NCBI RefSeq assembly: GCF_041916975.1
Contig: NZ_JAYRYK010000001.1
Location: 1,006,270 to 1,070,269, forward strand
DNA: 64,000 bases
From: Sphingosinicella sp.
GTDB lineage: Bacteria; Pseudomonadota; Alphaproteobacteria; Sphingomonadales; Sphingomonadaceae
Reading direction: 5' to 3'
The notes beneath the pieces are model-generated. The model ran no database searches. It was not told the origin of the DNA and worked only from the letters and a program-made list of their open reading frames with translations. Below are positions 27,218 to 36,264 of this stretch, one piece after another (position 1 is the stretch's first letter; each line of letters starts with the position of its first letter). The translations under genes were made by a program, and so were the position numbers.

Positions 27218-28791
27218 AGTTCGGCCCCGTCCCCCTCGATCGCGCAGAGGGCGCATACCTCGCCCACGCGGTCCAAACAGGCGCGCGGCGGATCGCCAAG
27301 GGTAAGCGCCTCGATGCGGCGGACATCGCCGATGCCCGCGCGGCGGGCCTTGCCGAAATCGTCGTGGCGGCGCTCGAAAGCGATGATCTGCACGAGGACG
27401 CCGCCGCCGCCCTGCTCGCGTCCGCCGCTGCGGGCCCCGGCCTCACCGCCCAGCCGCCCGCGCACGGCCGCGCCAACATCGTTGCTGACGCCCCCGGGCT
27501 GCTGCTCGTGGAAACCACGGCGATCGATACCGTAAACGCGCATGACGAAGCAGTGACGCTGGGAACGCTTGCTCCGTTCACCCCCGCCACGAAGGACGAG
27601 ATCGTCGCAACGGTGAAGATCATTCCCTTTGCCGTGCCGGAAACCCTCACCAGACGCGCGGCGGACAGCGCAAGAGGCGTGCTGCGGCTGGCACCGTTCG
27701 GCAGGCGCCGCGTCGCCTTCATCCAGACGACCCTGCCCGGCACATCCGCCAAGCTGCTTGCGAAGACCGCCGAGGTGACCGAGGCACGCTGCGCCGCGCT
27801 GGGTCTTGTCGCGTGGCGCGAGATGCGCTGCGCGCACACGGAAGAGGCCCTTATGGCCGTGCTCGCGGACGTCGCGGATGCCGACATCGTCCTCATCAGT
27901 GGCGCCTCTGCGATCAGCGACCGGCGCGACGTGATTCCCACCGCGATCGAACAGGCGGGCGGTGCGGTGCTGCGGCTCGGGATGCCGGTCGATCCCGGCA
28001 ATCTCCTGTGCCTCGCGCGCATCGGCACGCGGCCGGTAATCGGCCTTCCGGGCTGTGCGCGGAGCCCGCGACGCAATGGCTTCGACTGGGTTCTGGAACG
28101 GCTCTGGGCAGGTCTCGACGTGACCGGCGCGGATGTCGCCCGCATGGGTGCAGGCGGACTTCTCGCCGACGTCCCTCGCCCCGAACCGCGCCCGAAACCG
28201 GCAGCGGCCGGGCACGTCGGTGCCGTGGTGCTCGCGGCCGGGCGATCGGTGCGCATGGGCGCGAACAAGCTGCTCGCGGACCTCGGCGGCAAGCCGGTGC
28301 TCGCGCATGTGCTGGAAGCGGTGCGCGAAGCGGGGCTTCCCGCGATCGTCGTCACCGGCAACGCAGAAGCCGAGATCGCCGCGATGGCACGTGCCTTCGG
28401 CTTTCCGAGCGCCCATGCCGCGCGCTACGCAGACGGGCTCAGCCAGTCGGTCGCGGCGGGAATCGCCGCCGCGCACGATGACTGGTCGGCAGCGCTGGTG
28501 CTGCTCGGCGACATGCCGGGGATAAGCGCCGAGCATATCGCAAGCCTCGCCACCGCGGCGGACGCGAACCGCATCGCGGTGCCCGTGCACAACGGCAAGC
28601 GCGGGAACCCCGTCGCATGGGGCCGGCGCTATTTCGCGCGGCTGCGCGGTCTTGAGGGCGATGTCGGCGGCAAGGCCCTGCTCGCCGAATTCGCGGACGA
28701 CATCGTGGAGGTGCCGGTGGAAAGCGACGCGATCTTCATGGATGTGGATACGCCCGAAGCCCTTGCGGCAGTGCGGGCGCGCTACGCGTAA
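27214..28791 (+). CDS. Fusion of a MoeA/CinA-type molybdopterin-binding domain and a MocA/MobA-like nucleotidyltransferase
   Basis: The N-terminal ~340 aa have ISGASAISDRRDVIP...PGNLL..A.IG..PV.GLPGCARSP. The C-terminal ~190 aa have AVVLAAGRSVRMG.NKLLA, LGDMPG, NGKRGNPV. Confidence 0.8.
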   Translation: MKFGPVPLDRAEGAYLAHAVQTGARRIAKGKRLDAADIADARAAGLAEIVVAALESDDLHEDAAAALLASAAAGPGLTAQPPAHGRANIVADAPGLLLVETTAIDTVNAHDEAVTLGTLAPFTPATKDEIVATVKIIPFAVPETLTRRAADSARGVLRLAPFGRRRVAFIQTTLPGTSAKLLAKTAEVTEARCAALGLVAWREMRCAHTEEALMAVLADVADADIVLISGASAISDRRDVIPTAIEQAGGAVLRLGMPVDPGNLLCLARIGTRPVIGLPGCARSPRRNGFDWVLERLWAGLDVTGADVARMGAGGLLADVPRPEPRPKPAAAGHVGAVVLAAGRSVRMGANKLLADLGGKPVLAHVLEAVREAGLPAIVVTGNAEAEIAAMARAFGFPSAHAARYADGLSQSVAAGIAAAHDDWSAALVLLGDMPGISAEHIASLATAADANRIAVPVHNGKRGNPVAWGRRYFARLRGLEGDVGGKALLAEFADDIVEVPVESDAIFMDVDTPEALAAVRARYA

Positions 28792-29303
28792 TCGGGTTCC
28801 ACGTCCCGCATGTCGAGGATTTCAGCGGCTATGCGCGCATCATGCCCTGCGCGCAGCATCGCGGCGAACTGCTTCTGCCGCACCGCCCGGTCCGGCGCTT
28901 CCCGCGCGAACGGGCCGAAGCGCTTGCGGCGCGCATAGGCCATGGCCGCGCCGCGCGCGTCGATGGCATCTGTGATCTCGCCGCGCAAATCCTCGGCAAG
29001 GCCTGCGGCCCGCAGATCCTGCCCGATGCGCCGCGCGCCGAAGCCGCGCCGTTCGAGTCCTCGTGCCCTCGCTTCCCCGAACGTGCGGTCATCGACGTAG
29101 CGCAACGCCGCGAAATGCTGGACGATCGCTTCGATATCGGCTGCCCGCTCCCCGGCCCAGCCGCGTTCGCGCACCTTGCGCGAAAGATAGGCCGCGAGCC
29201 GGCCTTCCGAGGTCGCGAAACGCTCGACATAGCGCAGCGCAAGCGCACGAAGCGCTTCCTGATCGAGCGGTCGCGGCGGTTTTCGGCTTTTTTCGGTGCG
29301 CAC
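28782..29303 (-). CDS. recX: RecA regulator RecX
   Basis: Repeated three-helix pattern ALRYVERF..SEGRLAAYLSRK...VQHFAALRYVDDRTFGEARARGLERRGFG.RRIGQDLRAAG. The only in-frame start near the domain is GTG 29303. Confidence 0.8.
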   Translation of the reverse strand: MRTEKSRKPPRPLDQEALRALALRYVERFATSEGRLAAYLSRKVRERGWAGERAADIEAIVQHFAALRYVDDRTFGEARARGLERRGFGARRIGQDLRAAGLAEDLRGEITDAIDARGAAMAYARRKRFGPFAREAPDRAVRQKQFAAMLRAGHDARIAAEILDMRDVEPDYA

Positions 29304-29425
29304 GCCATGTTCCTGCCATAGTCGGACCCAATTTTGAACGTCACATTCCGGCAAAGGCTGACGCTGGCCTGTTTTGCAAGTGGCCAAGGAGTCGTGTATT
29401 TGGCGAGGTTTATGAGCGGCGGGAA

Positions 29426-31252
29426 ATGCCGCCGCCGCGCCGGGAAGAGCTGAGGAGGTTCGGGGACTTGCTGAATCGCACTTCGGATTCGAGCGCGCTT
29501 GCGCTGTCCGGCGCCGATGAAACGGCGCTGGCGCCAACGCCGACGCTCGACGATTTGCCGCGCCGTCTGGCGGATTTCAACACGCTTGGCGAAGCGCTGG
29601 ACTATGCGGCGCAGGGCAAGCGCGGCCTCAACTTCTTCGATGCGCGGGCACGCCTCGCGCGGGTTCTCACCTTCGCCGACCTCAAGGCCGATGCGACCGC
29701 GAACGCCTATCGGCTGATCGCCGCGGGTATCAAGCCGGGCGACCGCGTGGCGCTGATCGCCGAGACGAGCGCGGATTTCGTCAGCCTGTTCTTCGGCGCC
29801 ATATACGCTGGCGCCCTCCCCGTGCCGCTGCCGCTGCCGACCTCGTTCGGTGGACGCGAAGGCTATGTGGAGCAGATTCGCAGCCAGCTGATGTCGTGCG
29901 ACCCCGAGATCGCGCTTGCGCCTTCCGGCCTTGCCGCGATCGTTGCGGAAGCTGCGCACGGCCTGCGCTGCCGCACCGCGCACGACTGGCTCGATTTCAT
30001 GGCGCGCGACGCAAAGCCCGCCGCGCTGCCGTCCGCCCGCAAGAGCGACATCGCCTATCTCCAGTATTCGAGCGGCTCGACGCGCTTCCCGCACGGCGTG
30101 GAGATCACACATGAAGCGCTGCTCGCCAACCTCAACGGCCATGCCGTTGGCGTGAAACTGCAGCGCGACGACCGCGTCATTTCGTGGCTGCCTTATTATC
30201 ACGACATGGGCCTCGTCGGCTGCCTGATGGCGCCGATCGCGAACCAGGTTTCCGCCGACTACCTCGCCACCGAGGATTTCGCGCGCCGTCCGCTCTCGTG
30301 GCTCGCACTCATCACGCGCAACGAGGGCCACAGCCTCTCTTATTCGCCGACGTTCGGCTACGATATCTGCGCGCGGCGCGTTTCGAGCCAGACCGATGTT
30401 GCCGAGCGCTTCGACCTGTCGCGCTGGCGCGTGGCAGGCAACGGCGCCGACATGATCCGCCCGGACGTGATGAGCGCCTTCGTCGAGGCCTTCGCGCCTG
30501 CCGGCTTTTCTGGCGGGGCGTTCCTGCCGAGCTACGGGCTTGCCGAAGCGACGCTCGCCGTCACCATCTCGCCGCCGGGCACCGGCATCGTCACCGATCT
30601 CGTCGACGAACGCCTACTCTCGGGCGAGCGTGAAGACACGGGCACCGGCACGGGCCGGATGCGCGCGATTGTGAACTGCGGCGTTGCGCTGCCGGGCATG
30701 GAAATCGAAATCCGGGACGAATCGGGCCGCCGCCTCGGCGACCGCCAGATCGGCAAGGTGTTCGTGGCCGGCCCCAGCATCATGACCGGCTATTTCCGCG
30801 ACGAGATTTCGACCCGCGCCGCGCTTCAGGGCCAATGGCTCGATACCGGCGACATGGGCTACATGCTGGAGAGCGCGCTCTACATCGTCGGCCGCGCCAA
30901 GGACATGATCATCATCAACGGCAAGAACCACTGGCCGCAGGACATCGAGTGGGCGATCGAGCAGCTTCCAGGCTTCAAGGCGGGCGACATCGCCGCCTTC
31001 TCGATCACCACGGAGGGCGGCGAAGAGTCGCCCGCCGTGCTCGTCCAGTGCCGCACCAGCGATGCTGCCGAGAGGGCTGACCTCCGCGAGACGATCAAGG
31101 CCAAGGTACGCACCATCACGGGCATGAACTGCATCGTCGAACTGGTCCCGCCGCGCACGCTGCCGCGCACCAGCTCGGGCAAGCTCAGCCGCTCCAAGGC
31201 CCGGGCACTCTACCTCTCCGGCCAGATTCAACCGTTCGACATCGCGGCCTAG
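29426..31252 (+). CDS. Fatty acyl-AMP ligase / acyl-ACP synthetase-type adenylating enzyme
   Basis: DIAYLQYSSGSTRFPHGVEITHEALL (A3 motif), YGLAEATL, DTGDMGY, PRTSSGKLSRSKA (A10 motif). Lengths and motifs fit the FAAL type. Confidence 0.85.
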   Translation: MPPPRREELRRFGDLLNRTSDSSALALSGADETALAPTPTLDDLPRRLADFNTLGEALDYAAQGKRGLNFFDARARLARVLTFADLKADATANAYRLIAAGIKPGDRVALIAETSADFVSLFFGAIYAGALPVPLPLPTSFGGREGYVEQIRSQLMSCDPEIALAPSGLAAIVAEAAHGLRCRTAHDWLDFMARDAKPAALPSARKSDIAYLQYSSGSTRFPHGVEITHEALLANLNGHAVGVKLQRDDRVISWLPYYHDMGLVGCLMAPIANQVSADYLATEDFARRPLSWLALITRNEGHSLSYSPTFGYDICARRVSSQTDVAERFDLSRWRVAGNGADMIRPDVMSAFVEAFAPAGFSGGAFLPSYGLAEATLAVTISPPGTGIVTDLVDERLLSGEREDTGTGTGRMRAIVNCGVALPGMEIEIRDESGRRLGDRQIGKVFVAGPSIMTGYFRDEISTRAALQGQWLDTGDMGYMLESALYIVGRAKDMIIINGKNHWPQDIEWAIEQLPGFKAGDIAAFSITTEGGEESPAVLVQCRTSDAAERADLRETIKAKVRTITGMNCIVELVPPRTLPRTSSGKLSRSKARALYLSGQIQPFDIAA

Positions 31253-31265
31253 CCGCCTCCCGTCG

Positions 31266-32174
31266 ATGACCCGCATCGCGATCACCGGCGGAACCGGCTT
31301 CGTCGGCACGAAGCTGATCGACCTTGCACTTGAAAAGGGCCACGCGGTCCGTGCGCTCGCCCGCCGCACGCAGCCCGCGCGCGCCGGTCTCGAATGGATT
31401 GCGGGCGATCTTGCGAACGGCGATGCGCTTGCTCGCCTTACCGAAAACGCGGACGCCGTGATCCATGTCGCGGGCGTTATCAACGCCCGCACGCCGCTGG
31501 AGTTCGCTGCCGGAAACATCGAGGGCACGCGCGCGATGCTGGAGGCGAGCCATGACGTGCCGCGCTTCGTGCATGTCTCCTCGCTCGCGGCGCGCGAACC
31601 CGCGCTCTCGATCTACGGCAACACCAAGGCGGCAGCCGACGCGCTCGTCGAAACCGCGCGGCCGGACGCGGCGATCGTACGTCCCCCTGCCGTCTACGGC
31701 CCCGGCGATCGCGAGACGGCGAACGTCTACAAGCTCGTCGCGCGCGGCTGGGCGCTGCTGCCGGGTAGCGGACGCTTTTCGATCGTGGAGGTTTCAGACC
31801 TCGCGCGCGCGCTGTTGGCCCTTGCCGAAAACCCGGCGCCGAGCGGCATTTTCGAGATCGACGACGGAACGCCCGGCGGGCTCAGCCACCGCGAGATGGC
31901 CGCGTACATCGCCGCCGCGCTCGGCAAGACGCCGACCTACGTTCCTCTGCCGCCCGCTGCACTAAAGCTCGGCGCCGCGATCGATACGCTCGGCGCGAAG
32001 CTCGCCGGGCGCCTGCCCGCGCTCAGCTTCGACCGCGCGCGTTACCTCGCGCACCCGGACTGGGTGGCGGACAGCGCACCCCTGCGCGCGCTCGGCATCT
32101 GGGCGCCTGAAGTGCCCGCCGCCGAAGGCATCGCGCGCACGGCGGAATGGTACAGAAACGCGGGCTGGATTTAG
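31266..32174 (+). CDS. NAD(P)-binding SDR of the NDUFA9/epimerase type; candidate 3-keto-sphingoid/ceramide reductase (CerR-like)
   Basis: IAITGGTGFVGTKLI Rossmann motif, YGNTKAA catalytic YxxxK, 302 aa. Positioned between the acyl-AMP ligase and ACP-Spt. Confidence 0.7.
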   Translation: MTRIAITGGTGFVGTKLIDLALEKGHAVRALARRTQPARAGLEWIAGDLANGDALARLTENADAVIHVAGVINARTPLEFAAGNIEGTRAMLEASHDVPRFVHVSSLAAREPALSIYGNTKAAADALVETARPDAAIVRPPAVYGPGDRETANVYKLVARGWALLPGSGRFSIVEVSDLARALLALAENPAPSGIFEIDDGTPGGLSHREMAAYIAAALGKTPTYVPLPPAALKLGAAIDTLGAKLAGRLPALSFDRARYLAHPDWVADSAPLRALGIWAPEVPAAEGIARTAEWYRNAGWI

Positions 32175-32244
32175 GCCGCGCGCCTGCCTATCCCCTGCCA
32201 CAATCTGTTGGCATCGAACCGCAACGACATTTCAGGACACACGC

Positions 32245-32493
32245 ATGGCGCACACCCGCGACACCATCCTTCCGAAGCTGATGGAACTGATCGAGCCGCT
32301 GAACCGCAAGGCGATCACGCTGGCCGAGAATACGAGCTTTTCGAGTGACCTCGAGCTGGACTCGCTGACCGTGATGGATCTCGTCGCCAACATCGAGGAT
32401 GAGTACGACATCATCCTGCCGATGAACCTGCTCCCCGAGCTGGAAACGATCGGTCAGCTCGCCGACGCCGTCACCAAGATCGTGAACGGCTGA
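32245..32493 (+). CDS. Acyl carrier protein (dedicated, Spt-associated)
   Basis: 82 aa. The phosphopantetheine attachment motif is DLELDSLTVMDLV. Confidence 0.85.
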   Translation: MAHTRDTILPKLMELIEPLNRKAITLAENTSFSSDLELDSLTVMDLVANIEDEYDIILPMNLLPELETIGQLADAVTKIVNG

Positions 32494-32501
32494 GGCGGAC
32501 G

Positions 32502-33710
32502 ATGGGCGACCTTTTCGACAAATTCGATCCCGTCATCGCCGAGAAGGCGGCGCTGCTGGCGACGGGCGTGAACGACCCGTTCAACCTCGTGATGGAGAAG
32601 GTCCACTCGCCGACCGAAGCGACGGTGAACGGGCGCGAGACGATCCTCGTCGGCACATACAACTACATGGGCATGACCTTCGACCCCGACGTGATCGCGG
32701 CGGGCAAGGAGGCACTCGACCAATACGGTGCGGGGACGACCGGCAGCCGGGTGCTGAACGGAACATATCAGGGCCACCGCGAGGTCGAGGAGGCGCTGAA
32801 GGATTTCTACGGCACCAGCCACGCCATGGTGTTTTCAACGGGTTACCAGGCGAACCTCGGCCTGATGGCGACGATGGCGGCGCGCGGGGAATACATCATC
32901 CTCGATGCCGACAGCCACGCCTCGATCTATGACGGCTGCGCGATGGGCAACGCGGACATCGTGCGCTTCCGCCACAACAGCGTGGAAGACCTTGACAAGC
33001 GTCTCGGTCGGTTGCCGGCGGAGGCGGGCAAGCTTGTCGTTCTTGAAGGCGTCTATTCGATGCTGGGCGACATCGCGCCGCTGAAAGAGATGGTCGCGGT
33101 CGCCAAGAAACATGGCGCAATGGTCGTGGTCGATGAAGCGCACGGCATGGGCTTCTTCGGCCCGAACGGACGCGGCGTCTATGAGGCCGCAGGCGTCGAG
33201 GCGGACGTCGACTTCGTCGTCGGCACCTTCTCGAAATCGGTGGGCACGGTCGGCGGCTTCGTCGTCTCCAACCACCCGAAGTTCGAGGTGCTGCGCCTCG
33301 TCTGCCGGCCTTACGTGTTCACCGCCTCGCTGCCGCCGAGCGTCGTTGCCACGGCGGCGACCTCGATCCGCAAGCTGAAGCACGCGCACAACAAGCGCCA
33401 GCATCTGTGGGAAAACAGCCGCAAGCTGCATTCCGGCCTCAAGGCCAAAGGCTTCAAGATCGCGACCGAGACCGCGGAAAGCGCGATCATCGCGGTGCTG
33501 ATGCCGGGCCAGGAAGCGTGCGCCCGCATGTGGAGCGCGCTCATCGAGCTTGGCGTCTACGTCAACATGGCGCGCCCGCCCGCGACACCGGCCGGCATGT
33601 TCCTGCTGCGCTGCTCGCTTTGCGCCGAACACCGCGCGGAGCAGGTCGACATCATCATCGACCGTTTCGTGAAGGCCGCTGAAATCGCCGGGATTCCGCT
33701 CGAAGCCTGA
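32502..33710 (+). CDS. spt: Serine palmitoyltransferase (alpha-oxoamine synthase family)
   Basis: 402 aa. TILVGTYNYMGMTFDPDVIAAGKEAL, FSTGYQANLG, ILDADSHASIYDG, VVVDEAHGMGFFG and GTFSKSVG (PLP lysine) closely follow the Sphingomonas Spt sequence as I remember it. Confidence 0.93.
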   Translation: MGDLFDKFDPVIAEKAALLATGVNDPFNLVMEKVHSPTEATVNGRETILVGTYNYMGMTFDPDVIAAGKEALDQYGAGTTGSRVLNGTYQGHREVEEALKDFYGTSHAMVFSTGYQANLGLMATMAARGEYIILDADSHASIYDGCAMGNADIVRFRHNSVEDLDKRLGRLPAEAGKLVVLEGVYSMLGDIAPLKEMVAVAKKHGAMVVVDEAHGMGFFGPNGRGVYEAAGVEADVDFVVGTFSKSVGTVGGFVVSNHPKFEVLRLVCRPYVFTASLPPSVVATAATSIRKLKHAHNKRQHLWENSRKLHSGLKAKGFKIATETAESAIIAVLMPGQEACARMWSALIELGVYVNMARPPATPAGMFLLRCSLCAEHRAEQVDIIIDRFVKAAEIAGIPLEA

Positions 33711-33711
33711 G

Positions 33712-34629
33712 CTAGCGCACCGCGCCCTTGCGGATCAGCTTCGGCAGCAACACCAGCCCGGCAAGGATCGGGAAGCGCCGGTGCCACGGCTTCACGACGA
33801 TACCCGCGCCCGCGTGGCGGTTCACCTTCCACGCGATGTAATCGACGCCGCCCTTGAAGGTGAAACTCGCCTTCGCCAGCCGCAGCACGGAGAGCACCTT
33901 GCCCCGGCGGCGTAGCTTGGCCCAGACGCGCTCGCCCGCGTGGCGATCAGCGTCGGCGCGGAAATGGACGACACCGCCGCGCACTTCCGCCGCGAGATCG
34001 CTGTCCGCGATGGCGGGCGCTGTGAACGCAGTGTAGCGCGCGGGATCGGTTTCGAAGATCGACTGGCCGCGCCCCGCACGCTCCGACCTGAGTTCGGAAG
34101 CGTAGGTGAGTGCGAAAGCGCCGGTCCACAGCGCCTCGACACTGAGATCATCGTCGAGCATCGGCCGCGCGGTCTTGAGCAGCGTCGGCGCTGCCGTCGC
34201 GACCGCGCGGATCACGCGGGCGCGGGCCGCATCGCCGCGCACCCACACGAGCCGCGAGGGCTGCGCGAAGCGCGCCCACACCGAAACGTTGTCGCAATCG
34301 GGCGAGCAGGCGTGCGCGAAGTCTTCAACCGTCATCACCGCGAACTTGGCGCGCAGCCCTTCGTGCTCCGCATAATAGACATTCGGCGGGATCAGGCGGT
34401 TGGCCGTCGCCATCCAGCGGCGCGTGTAGGCGCGTTCGTAGGAATCGACGAGCAGATAGAAATCGAGCAGCGAATCGCCGAGATCTTCGCTTCTGAGGCA
34501 CGAGCCGTAGAACAGCACCGCCTGCGCGGCGCCGCCGCAGCGCCCGGCGATCGCTTTGGCGAAATCGGCGACTTCGGGAGCGGCGGGCGTTTCCAGCTCG
34601 GCCGCAACGAGCGGCACGAGCGCCGTCAT
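33712..34629 (-). CDS. Uncharacterised protein with a Tam41/Mmp37-like nucleotidyltransferase pattern
   Basis: 305 aa. VLFYGSCLR...SLLDFYLLVD...NVYYAEHEGLRAKFAVMTVEDF...WARFAQPSRLV resembles the YGSG...IDFI...KYGV...GRlqKP layout of mitochondrial CDP-DAG synthase Tam41. Start overlaps the kinase stop (ATGA). Confidence 0.5.
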   Translation of the reverse strand: MTALVPLVAAELETPAAPEVADFAKAIAGRCGGAAQAVLFYGSCLRSEDLGDSLLDFYLLVDSYERAYTRRWMATANRLIPPNVYYAEHEGLRAKFAVMTVEDFAHACSPDCDNVSVWARFAQPSRLVWVRGDAARARVIRAVATAAPTLLKTARPMLDDDLSVEALWTGAFALTYASELRSERAGRGQSIFETDPARYTAFTAPAIADSDLAAEVRGGVVHFRADADRHAGERVWAKLRRRGKVLSVLRLAKASFTFKGGVDYIAWKVNRHAGAGIVVKPWHRRFPILAGLVLLPKLIRKGAVR

Positions 34630-35597
34630 GCTGCGAGGCTGAGGAAGGACACCGGCGCGGTGGGCGTCAGCACGATCGAACGCCCCTCGCCCGCTTCGTA
34701 AAGCTCGCCATCAAGGATCACGCTGGCGCGCTTGCCCTCGATACGGATTTCGTCGCCGCGCCGGAGGTGTAGCCCACTGAAGCGCGCGCTGCCAAGCCGC
34801 CCGGCGAGCGCGGACACCAGCGCCTTCAGCACCGTCGTGCGACGCTGCTCGATTGCCATCAGCTTCAGGGGACCGGCGCGGTCGCTGAACGGCGTGGCGA
34901 AATTGAGCAGCAAACGCTCGAGCGTCGTGACCATCAGCACGAGGAAACTGCCTTCGACCGGCACGCCATCGCGCTGCAGCGAGACACGCATCGGGCTTGG
35001 CCGCACCGGATTCCATCGCGCACCCGCGCCGACGAGCACGCTCGCGATGACCACGATCGTGGCGATCAGGTGGCTGACCCAGTTCGGCAGGCCGAGCGGG
35101 TAGATCTTGTTGCGGCAGAACAGGATCGCCTCGGCAAGGCCCGCGCCGCCAAGGAACATGCCGAACACCGGGCGCGCCGCGATACCGTCGCTGAGCGCGA
35201 TGAGCTGCCGCGCGACGACATGCGGATCAACGCCCGTCTCGACGATCTTGAGGATGTTCCCCAGCGCCTCGACCGGATTGGCACCCGCGCCGAGATCGAG
35301 CGCGATGAGGTTGGTCTTGCCGTTCGGCAGCACCGCAAGCGGCGGAACCGCGCCCTTGAAGTGATGGCCGTTGTAGATTTCGGTGAGCGCCGCCTGCACG
35401 GTGCCGTCGCCGCCGTTAATGACGAGCACGGCAGGCTTCACGCGCGCGATCATGGCAAGCGCGTCGGGCACTTCGGAGATATCCCCCACTTCGTAGTGGA
35501 AGATGTTCGGATGCTGCGCCACGAACTCCCGAATGCGCGGCAACGCGGCCTTGTTGCCGGTCGAGCGCGGATTGGAAAGGAGTGCGACGCAGGCCAT
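34626..35597 (-). CDS. Diacylglycerol-kinase-fold lipid kinase; candidate ceramide/sphingoid-base kinase
   Basis: DAGK catalytic-domain signature LVINGGDGTVQAAL, NPRS.G....., ~320 aa like YegS/LCB kinases. Sits between the DUF2141 and Tam41-like genes. Confidence 0.75.
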   Translation of the reverse strand: MACVALLSNPRSTGNKAALPRIREFVAQHPNIFHYEVGDISEVPDALAMIARVKPAVLVINGGDGTVQAALTEIYNGHHFKGAVPPLAVLPNGKTNLIALDLGAGANPVEALGNILKIVETGVDPHVVARQLIALSDGIAARPVFGMFLGGAGLAEAILFCRNKIYPLGLPNWVSHLIATIVVIASVLVGAGARWNPVRPSPMRVSLQRDGVPVEGSFLVLMVTTLERLLLNFATPFSDRAGPLKLMAIEQRRTTVLKALVSALAGRLGSARFSGLHLRRGDEIRIEGKRASVILDGELYEAGEGRSIVLTPTAPVSFLSLAA

Positions 35598-35598
35598 G

Positions 35599-36147
35599 TC
35601 AGTCGCGCCTTGCCACAAGGGGCTTCACGGTGAGCAGCCCCTGCCTGTAGTTCAGGATCACATCGACAACCGTGACGCCATCGCGCGCGACGAACATCGC
35701 GTCTTCATAATCGGGCTTCGACAGGCCGAGCTTCGGATTGCCCGAAAAGCCGACGCCATCCTTCGAAACCGAGAGCTTGCCGTTCATGTCGCGATCGTGA
35801 AGCACGGCCATCGAGAACTCGCCGAAGCGCGGCAGCACCATGCAGATATTCATGTCGCCGGACGCTGTCGTCGGGATTTCGATGCGCTTCAGCTTCTTGC
35901 CGGAAGCGAGAAATTCGTCGGGATTGTCGCTGTAGAGCTGAACCCGGAGATTGCCGCCGCGGTCCTTGAAGCCATAAATGCGCACAAGCGCGGCCGGGCC
36001 GCGCGCACCGGGCGCGCAGGCAGCAGCTTCGGGGCCGATGATCGTCTGGGCGGCGGCGGGCGCTGAAAACGCGCCGAGAACCACCGTCGTCGCGATCAGC
36101 GAACGGACAAGCCCCCGGAAAGACGCATTGGAACGCTTCAGCACCAT
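35599..36147 (-). CDS. DUF2141 domain protein (secreted)
   Basis: Signal peptide ...GAFSAPAAAQ, then LRVQLY...F........V.AVLHDRDMNGKLS....G.....GFSGNP, typical of DUF2141. GAGGAGG lies upstream of ATG 36147. Confidence 0.7.
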   Translation of the reverse strand: MVLKRSNASFRGLVRSLIATTVVLGAFSAPAAAQTIIGPEAAACAPGARGPAALVRIYGFKDRGGNLRVQLYSDNPDEFLASGKKLKRIEIPTTASGDMNICMVLPRFGEFSMAVLHDRDMNGKLSVSKDGVGFSGNPKLGLSKPDYEDAMFVARDGVTVVDVILNYRQGLLTVKPLVARRD

Positions 36148-36264
36148 GAACCTCCTCGACCTTCCCCCTTCTCGAATCACCAAATAGTTGATGCATCGCT
36201 GCTCTCCCGTGGTATCGGGTCCGCTTGCGGCCAAAATTTGACCAAGGATCGACAAAACCAAGAG

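Noticed and set aside
26892-30331. Several 480-520-aa minus-strand ORFs (26892-28361, 27028-28590, 28829-30331)
   Set aside because: They overlap each other and lie antisense to the xdhC, MoeA/MocA and acyl-AMP ligase genes. No motifs are present. They are GC-driven.
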